Assembly (NCBI GenBank): GCA_002436065.1
Contig: DIXP01000105.1
Coordinates: forward strand, 18,735-50,734
Reading direction: 5' to 3'
DNA from: Chloroflexi bacterium UBA6077
Lineage (GTDB): Bacteria > Chloroflexota > UBA6077
DNA length: 32,000 nucleotides
Positions 26,538 through 32,000 of this stretch are shown here, piece after piece. Numbering within the stretch: the stretch's first letter is position 1; every line of letters begins with the position of its first letter. The notes under the pieces were generated by a model. That model was given only the letters and a program-made list of their open reading frames with translations, was not told the origin of the DNA and searched no databases. The translations under genes were made by a program, and so were the position numbers.

Positions 26538-28129
26538 AAGGGGGTGATTTCGCGGGTACCGGCATTCTCATCCGTCTGTTTCTGCGCCGGGATCGCATCT
26601 GGCTGCCGATTTGGGTTCTCCTGCCTCTGCTCCTCACTTGGGGACAGCTGTCCTTCGTCATGGCGCTCCCGGATTGGCAGGGGTTCATCGCCGAGATGAG
26701 GGCCAATCCCGTGGCTGAAGCCGTCCTCGGTCCGGTCGTGCCCATGTCCGTCGCCGGGGCGATCATCTGGCGCTCTATCGTGCAAGGTGCAATGGCGCTG
26801 GCGATTGCCAGCTTGCTCACTGTCATCCGCCATACTCGCACAGAGGAGGAGGCGGGCCGCGGCGAGCTGATCCGTGGGGGCATAGTGGGCCGTCATGCCC
26901 CCCTGACGGCCGCGTTGACGCTGACCTGCGTTGCCAGTCTGGTGGCAGGGCTGCTGGCAGCTCTACTGCTCATTGGCGCTGGGCTGCCCGCGGGCGGGTC
27001 GTTGCTGTTCGGCTTGACCATCGCGGCCGCCGGGTGGTTCTTCGCCGGGATAGGCTCCTTGAGCGCGCAGCTGCGGGAGCACGCCGGCGGCGCAAGAGGG
27101 ATCGCCTTGGCGGTGTTTGGCGTGGGACTCCTGGGGTACGTCTGGAACAACACGGGCGGCGGTTACACCGGCTGGGCCTGGCTCTCGCCGCAGGGATGGT
27201 ATCGGCTCACCCAGCCCTTTGCCGGCGACCATGGTTGGACCCTACTGGTGCTTGCCGTTCTGTCCGCCATTCCGGTCGCGGCGGCCTATGCCCTGTCCGC
27301 TCGCCGGGACTTCGGCACGGGTCTTCTTCCTTCACGGCTGGGACCGGCGGAGGCGGTCCCAGGTCTGCGCAGCCCGCTGGCGCTGGCCTGGCGGCTGCAA
27401 GAAGGCACCATCATCGGCTGGACGGCGGGACTGGTCTTCCTGGGCGCTGGCCTCGGCGCTGGCGTGCCCAGCGTGGCGGAGGGTCTAAGCGAGATGCTGG
27501 CGAATATCGGCAGCGGGGCTTGGACGGAACGGCTGAGCAACCGCGAAGGCTTCATGGCGGTTTCCATCTATATCGTTGCGGTGCTGATTGGGGTGACGGT
27601 CTACGCCATCACGGCGGTGCTGCGGCTGCGGACGGAGGAAACCGAGAACCGCGCCGAGCCGCTGTTGGTCCAACCGGTCAGCCGAGTTCGGTGGATGACC
27701 AGCCACCTGATCGTGGCCTTCGCCGGCTCCGCCTTCTTACTTCTGGCTTTAGGTCTGGGCGCCGGGTTGGGCTGGGGCCTCGTCGCAGGCGACGTGAGCA
27801 GCGTGCTGCCCCGGGTGCTGGGGATGAGCCTGCCCAAGATCCCCGTCGTGTGGGTGATGGTGGGGATCACGGCGATGCTGTATGGCCTGGTGCCCCGGGC
27901 GGCCTCCGTCTCGATCTGGGGCCTTTGGGCTCTGTTTGTGGTCATAGAGATGCTGTGGGAGGCTCAGGTAGTCGATTGGTCGGCGATGCGGCTCTCCCCG
28001 TTCTCCTACGCCCACTACAGTATCCCCATAGCGGAGCTACCCACCCTGCCCCTGTTCGGCTTGACCTGCCTGGCCGCGGCACTCACTGTCGCCGGGCTGG
28101 TGGGGTTCCAACGCCGCGACGTCGGCTGA
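26534..28129 (+). CDS. ABC-2 type exporter permease, cassette 3 (paralog of 9981..11498)
   Basis: ATGA overlap with the ATPase gene. 531 aa. Motifs [15 protein letters not shown] and [24 protein letters not shown]. The C-terminus is GFQRRDVG. Confidence 0.85.
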   Translation: MKGGDFAGTGILIRLFLRRDRIWLPIWVLLPLLLTWGQLSFVMALPDWQGFIAEMRANPVAEAVLGPVVPMSVAGAIIWRSIVQGAMALAIASLLTVIRHTRTEEEAGRGELIRGGIVGRHAPLTAALTLTCVASLVAGLLAALLLIGAGLPAGGSLLFGLTIAAAGWFFAGIGSLSAQLREHAGGARGIALAVFGVGLLGYVWNNTGGGYTGWAWLSPQGWYRLTQPFAGDHGWTLLVLAVLSAIPVAAAYALSARRDFGTGLLPSRLGPAEAVPGLRSPLALAWRLQEGTIIGWTAGLVFLGAGLGAGVPSVAEGLSEMLANIGSGAWTERLSNREGFMAVSIYIVAVLIGVTVYAITAVLRLRTEETENRAEPLLVQPVSRVRWMTSHLIVAFAGSAFLLLALGLGAGLGWGLVAGDVSSVLPRVLGMSLPKIPVVWVMVGITAMLYGLVPRAASVSIWGLWALFVVIEMLWEAQVVDWSAMRLSPFSYAHYSIPIAELPTLPLFGLTCLAAALTVAGLVGFQRRDVG

Positions 28130-28158
28130 CCGACGATCACTGCCATCCCTCAAGGTGA

Positions 28159-28193
28159 GGCGGCCCGACGAGGGCCTCTGTCGTCGGGCCGCC
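28159..28193. terminator. bidirectional stem-loop between convergent permease-3 and hicA
   Basis: 13-bp perfect stem ggcggcccgacga / tcgtcgggccgcc with a 9-nt loop. Confidence 0.65.
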
Positions 28194-28219
28194 GTACGTC
28201 GATCCTTGCTGACGGCGAC

Positions 28220-28486
28220 TCAGGCGTGGTGACCCTGCGGGAGGATGGAGCCGGACGCTGAGAGGTCCCAGCGAGCCTCCCACTGTTCGCGTGTGATCCC
28301 GGCCTGTTTCAGGAGGCGGGCCAGCAGTCCGGCATCAATGTCGCTGCCGTGGGGATTGGGAAGAATCAGACGTCGAGTACCCTTCACCATGAACTCGTGG
28401 TTGCCGCCAGGATAGGGCCCGGAGAAACCCAAATGCCTGAGCGAGACAATGAAGTCGCTCCGACTGATCGGGTAGAGTCGAGGCAT
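28220..28486 (-). CDS. hicA: HicA-family toxin (YcfA-like mRNA interferase)
   Basis: 88 aa. SRSDFIVSLRHLGFSGPYPGGNHEFMVKGTRRLILPNPHGSDIDAGLLARLLKQAGI is the HicA dsRBD-like pattern with its conserved His. Confidence 0.85.
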   Translation of the reverse strand: MPRLYPISRSDFIVSLRHLGFSGPYPGGNHEFMVKGTRRLILPNPHGSDIDAGLLARLLKQAGITREQWEARWDLSASGSILPQGHHA

Positions 28487-28728
28487 CAGGCAACCCTTGT
28501 CACTGCCAGGGTGATGCCGTCCATGGGGGGGATGGGAAAGCTGTTGGTCAGACTGAACATGATCCAGTCCTCCAGGGCACTCTGGAGCTCCTCCCGGCAG
28601 GCTTCCAAGGTCTGCGCGTTCGCCCAGACGCCCTCCAAACTTGGTATCTCGCCGTAGTAGCTGCCGTTCTCTAGCTTCTCGTAGTTCGCCCGGCGCATCG
28701 CCGCGCGAATATAGTCCGTTAGCATCAT
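28486..28728 (-). CDS. hicB: HicB-family antitoxin (short form, no obvious DNA-binding domain)
   Basis: ATG 28728 has GGGGAGG 5 nt upstream. 80 aa: YEKLENGSYYGEIPSLEGVWANAQTLEACREELQSALEDWI is the HicB/UPF0150 fold. Its stop overlaps the hicA ATG (TGATG). Confidence 0.75.
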   Translation of the reverse strand: MMLTDYIRAAMRRANYEKLENGSYYGEIPSLEGVWANAQTLEACREELQSALEDWIMFSLTNSFPIPPMDGITLAVTRVA

Positions 28729-28780
28729 CTCAGCCTCCCCTACTCTCGACGGCTGTCCAGAACCCCCTTGCCCTGACAAG

Positions 28781-28809
28781 AGTATACCGCTCGGCATTTG
28801 GGCGTACAA
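28781..28809 (-). promoter_or_regulatory. promoter of hicBA, back-to-back with the TetR-4 promoter
   Basis: The minus strand reads TTGTAC (28809-28804), 17 nt, TATACT (28786-28781). Confidence 0.4.
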
Positions 28810-28836
28810 CGTCGGTGGGAGCCGGCTCTCTGGCCA

Positions 28837-28901
28837 TTGACGGCAGACACGTAGTCGGGTATGATCCAGGTGAATAATAGACCGGCTGCCGGTTTAATAA
28901 A
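28837..28901 (+). promoter_or_regulatory. promoter and operator-like inverted repeat of TetR-4 / RPH-like gene 2
   Basis: TTGACG (28837-28842), 17 nt, TATGAT (28860-28865). The leader holds the IR AATAATAGACCGG-ctg-CCGGTTTAATAAA (28873-28901). The core ACCGGctgCCGGT is perfect. Confidence 0.5.
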
Positions 28902-28912
28902 GGGCGGGGACT

Positions 28913-29617
28913 ATGGCTCGAGTCGTCAACGAGAAGGAATACGCCGAGAAGCGCAACGAGATCCTCACCGCGGCCCAACGGCTGGTGCAGACCAAGGGCT
29001 ACGAGCAGATGGCGATCCAGGACATCCTGGACGACCTGCAAATTTCCAAGGGGGCATTCTATCACTACTTCGGCTCCAAGCAGGCAGTGCTGGAAGCGTT
29101 GGCGGAACGCATGGTGGAGGATGCGAAACAGGCGATCCTCCCCATCGTGCACGATCCTCACCTGCCTGCCCTGGAGAAGCTCCAGCGCTACTTCGACACG
29201 ATCGTTCGCTGGAAGACCGATCGGAAGCCCTATGTTCTCGAGCTGGCGCGCGTGTGGCTTGCCGACGACAACGCCATAGTCCGCCAGAAGGTGCACGCCA
29301 ACGGGGTCAAGCGCACCGCGCCCCTGCTGGCGACGATCATCCGCCAGGGCATCCAGGAAGGCGTCTTCACGGCCTCCCTCCCCGACCAGGCCGGCGTGAT
29401 CGTCCTGTCCCTCTTGGAGGACCTCAACGAAACCCTTGTCGGATTGCTCCTCTCGTTCGAGCCGAACGGTGGCGATCCGCGATGCCTCGCAGACGCCGTC
29501 GCTGCCTACACCGACGCACTGGAACGGGTGCTGGGGACTTCCCCAGGTTCCTTGCAGATCGTCGACGTCGCAGCCCTGAAGGAGTGGACTATCTCGCCGG
29601 GAGACGACGCTTTCTGA
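28913..29617 (+). CDS. TetR/AcrR-family transcriptional regulator (TetR-4; paralog of TetR-2)
   Basis: 234 aa. ILTAAQRLVQTKGYEQMAIQDILDDLQISKGAFYHYFGSKQAVL. It is colinear with TetR-2 along its whole length, roughly half identical by eye. Confidence 0.9.
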   Translation: MARVVNEKEYAEKRNEILTAAQRLVQTKGYEQMAIQDILDDLQISKGAFYHYFGSKQAVLEALAERMVEDAKQAILPIVHDPHLPALEKLQRYFDTIVRWKTDRKPYVLELARVWLADDNAIVRQKVHANGVKRTAPLLATIIRQGIQEGVFTASLPDQAGVIVLSLLEDLNETLVGLLLSFEPNGGDPRCLADAVAAYTDALERVLGTSPGSLQIVDVAALKEWTISPGDDAF

Positions 29618-29705
29618 CCGACACAGCAGTCACCTCCTCGTCGTGGCAGCTTTCGAGGAGCATGGGAGAAACGATGTTAGTTAAGCAAGGAGGTTGGTGA
29701 TCGCG

Positions 29706-32000
29706 ATGGAAAGGAACGTACAGGCTCCACTGTATCTGCCCCTGGAATCGGCCGATGCGACGCTGGAGCTGGTCGGGGGCAAGGGGGCTTCGCTGGCCAG
29801 AATGGCGGTTGCCGGACTGCCGGTGCCACGCGGATTTCACCTCACCACAGCAGCCTATCGCCGCTTCGTCGAGGCCAACAGCCTGTACGAGGCGATAGTC
29901 GCGGCCGTCGCTAGCGCGGTAGTCGACGACCCCGTCTCTCTGGAGCGAGCGTCGGCGACTATCCGGTCCCTATTCGATCGTGGTTCCATGCCTGAGGATG
30001 TAGCCACGGCGATCCGCCAGGCATACGCCTCCCTCGGGCAGCCCGCCGTCGCGGTGCGCTCCAGTGCCACCGCCGAGGACCTGCCCGGCATGTCCTTCGC
30101 CGGCCAGCAGGATACCTACCTCAACGTGTACGGTGAGGACGCCCTCCTCGATGCGGTGCGCCGCTGCTGGGCCTCCCTCTGGACTGCCCGTGCCATCGGG
30201 TACCGGCTCAAGATGGGGGTGGACCAGCGCTCTGTCTCCATGGCGGTAGTGGTCCAGACCATGGTCCCCTCCGAGGTCTCGGGCGTGCTCTTCACCTCCA
30301 ATCCCACGACAGGGGATCGGGATGAGTTGGTGGTCAACGCCAGCTTCGGCCTGGGCGAGGCGGTCGTCTCGGGACAGGTGACTCCCGACTCCTTCCTGTT
30401 GGACAAGGGCAACCTGGCCGTGAAGGAGAGGGTGCTCGGGACCAAGGAGGCGGAGGTCCTCCCGTCCGAGGGACAGGGCACCACCACTCGAGAGGTCCCA
30501 GAGGAACGACGAGGGGAGGCATCTCTCTCCGAGGTGCAGCTCCGAGAGCTGGGCGAGTTGGCTCTCCAGGTGGAGCATCTCTTCGACGGCGTCCCCCAGG
30601 ATATCGAGTGGGCCCTGTCCGAGGGGAGGGTCTGGCTCTTACAGTCCCGCCCGATCACGAGCCTGCCCCTCGCACCCCTCAAGAACGTCACCTGGGAGCC
30701 ACCCATCCCGGGCACCAAGTGGGTCCGCCGCCAGGTCGCCGAGAACATGCCAGAGCCCCTCTCCCCACTCTTCGAGGAGCTCTACCTCCGAGAGGGGCTG
30801 GAAATCTCGATGGCAAAGGTGATCGCCAAGGCAGGGAAGTCCGACGTTGTGAGCGAGGCCGACCGGCCCTGGTACACCACGGTGAACGGCTACGCCTATC
30901 TGCGTGGCAACTTCACCATGAATTGGAAGATCGTGCGGAACATGGTCGTCGTCATGGCAAGGGGCACGATCATCCGGGCGATCTTCCAGCACGGGGTTCC
31001 ATACTGGCGGGACGAGATCCTGCCGGCTCACCAGGCAACGGTGGAGCGCTGGAAGGAGTTCGATCCGACATCCGCGTCCGACGAGCAGTTGCTCGATGGA
31101 ATCCGGGAGTTGGCCAGGGCGGAAGCAATGTACTGGGGAGGGACCAACTTCATCATCGCCGTCACTAGGGCCAGTGACATAGCGCTGAACCGCTTCCTCA
31201 ATGGGGCCATGCGCGGAAGCGGCCTGAGCAGCGCCCTATTCCTGCGCGGCTTCCCAACAAAGGCTATGGAGGCCGAGGCGGAGTTGCAGTCCATCGCCGA
31301 GAAGGTTCGCGACTCCGAAGAGCTGCGCGAGTTGGTGGCGAGCACCCCCGTCTGGCGGCTGATGGAGGCGCTGGGTAGTAGCCACACAGGCCGTCCTGTC
31401 CAGGAGAAGGTCCAGCTCTACCTCGAGCGCTACGGCCACCAGGTCTACACTCTCGACTTCGTCACCCCCACCCAGGCGGAGGACCCAACGCCGGTGCTGT
31501 TGAGTCTCAAGGCCAAGGTGACGCAGCCAGGCCAGGACGTGCGCGAGCGCCAGGCGGAGATGGCTCAAGAACGCGACAGGCTGGTGCAGAGGACGGCGAG
31601 CTCCCTGGACCCGGTGCGGCGGCGGCTGTTCCTGAAGATCGTTCGCTGGGCCCAGGATTTCGCCCCGTTCAGGGAGGAGGCGTTCTTCTACGTGGGTTCC
31701 GCATGGCCGCCCCTTCGGCGGCTGGCGTTGGAGCTGGGGCGGAGACTCGCAGGGGTCGGGTCGCTCGATAACCCCGACGACGTCTTCTTCCTGGAGAGCA
31801 CGGAATTGATCGAAGCGAGCCAGGCGCGGGCAGCCAGCCAGGGCCGATCCGACCTCGCCCGGCTGGCGCGGGAGCGCCGGGAGCTACGCGAGGCCCGCAA
31901 ACGGCTGCACCCGCCTGCAGCCGTGCCACCGTCCGCGGGGATCAAGTTCGGTCCCATCGACCTGTCCTTCCTGGAGACCCAGAAGAGGAACCTGAATGAG
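29706..32000 (+). CDS. PEP-utilising enzyme with RPH-like architecture, paralog 2 (3' end outside the window)
   Basis: It is absent from the ORF track because there is no stop in the window. My translation from ATG 29706 (AAGGAGG at 29687-29693) stays open for 765 codons. It reads MERNVQAPLYLPLESADATLELVGGKGASLARMAVAGLPVPRGFHLTTAAYRRF..VAVRSSATAEDLPGMSFAGQQDTYLN..DIEWALSEGRVWLLQSRPIT and is colinear with 15343..17982. Confidence 0.85.
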   Translation, partial: MERNVQAPLYLPLESADATLELVGGKGASLARMAVAGLPVPRGFHLTTAAYRRFVEANSLYEAIVAAVASAVVDDPVSLERASATIRSLFDRGSMPEDVATAIRQAYASLGQPAVAVRSSATAEDLPGMSFAGQQDTYLNVYGEDALLDAVRRCWASLWTARAIGYRLKMGVDQRSVSMAVVVQTMVPSEVSGVLFTSNPTTGDRDELVVNASFGLGEAVVSGQVTPDSFLLDKGNLAVKERVLGTKEAEVLPSEGQGTTTREVPEERRGEASLSEVQLRELGELALQVEHLFDGVPQDIEWALSEGRVWLLQSRPITSLPLAPLKNVTWEPPIPGTKWVRRQVAENMPEPLSPLFEELYLREGLEISMAKVIAKAGKSDVVSEADRPWYTTVNGYAYLRGNFTMNWKIVRNMVVVMARGTIIRAIFQHGVPYWRDEILPAHQATVERWKEFDPTSASDEQLLDGIRELARAEAMYWGGTNFIIAVTRASDIALNRFLNGAMRGSGLSSALFLRGFPTKAMEAEAELQSIAEKVRDSEELRELVASTPVWRLMEALGSSHTGRPVQEKVQLYLERYGHQVYTLDFVTPTQAEDPTPVLLSLKAKVTQPGQDVRERQAEMAQERDRLVQRTASSLDPVRRRLFLKIVRWAQDFAPFREEAFFYVGSAWPPLRRLALELGRRLAGVGSLDNPDDVFFLESTELIEASQARAASQGRSDLARLARERRELREARKRLHPPAAVPPSAGIKFGPIDLSFLETQKRNLNE

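Noticed and set aside
1-32000. Many long antisense or alternative-frame ORFs (e.g. 1588..2352-, 5405..6088-, 6500..7384-, 10587..11540-, 12694..13671-, 12846..13577+, 18335..19384+, 22130..23056-, 23268..24131-, 27034..28158+, 28861..29700+, 29970..30578-, 30116..30748-)
   Set aside because: All overlap genes with clear family motifs on another frame or strand. Their translations are Arg/Pro/Gly/Ala-rich with no motifs, as expected for stop-codon-poor shadow frames in high-GC DNA.
1-32000. Search for CRISPR arrays, tRNA/rRNA, IS/transposase, integrase or attC-like repeats that could explain the cassette-like layout
   Set aside because: I saw none of the following: regularly spaced direct repeats, tRNA T-arm-like sequence (GGTTCGAATCC and similar), DDE/tyrosine-recombinase-like ORFs, or shared junction repeats. 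The hairpins at cassette borders have unrelated sequences.

Overview
High-GC (roughly 63-65 % by eye), densely protein-coding bacterial chromosomal segment. I found no rRNA, tRNA, CRISPR array, transposase or integrase. The protein families, frequent GTG/TTG starts and GC-rich stem-loops are reminiscent of Chloroflexota-like bacteria, but taxonomy cannot be verified from the sequence alone.

Part A (1-8206) is housekeeping. It holds the 5' part of a ROK-family regulator (minus strand), an alkaline-phosphatase-superfamily phosphodiesterase, lpdA, a NifU-like Fe-S protein, folB, and three MEP-pathway genes (dxs divergent from ispH-ispG).

Part B (8207-32000) looks accessory. It contains:
- three TetR + ABC-2 exporter cassettes (ATPase plus a 505-549-aa permease), two of which are paralogous duplicates;
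- an MFS exporter;
- two large PEP-utilising enzymes with rifampicin-phosphotransferase (RPH) domain order, one translationally coupled to an uncharacterised ~90-aa protein and one behind a TetR;
- a MalT/LAL-type LuxR regulator broken by a perfect 29-bp tandem duplication;
- an XRE + small-membrane-protein pair;
- three type II toxin-antitoxin modules (AbrB/PIN with a Zn-ribbon insert, VapBC, HicBA) that sit in the junctions between cassettes.

My best candidate for an undescribed system is a 'modify-and-export' xenobiotic response built around the two RPH-like kinases. One pairing is sORF-kinase-MFS behind the broken LuxR. The other is TetR-kinase, linked through a paralogous TetR and a conserved leader motif to an ABC exporter. 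All functional calls rest on by-eye motif recognition; no database search was possible.
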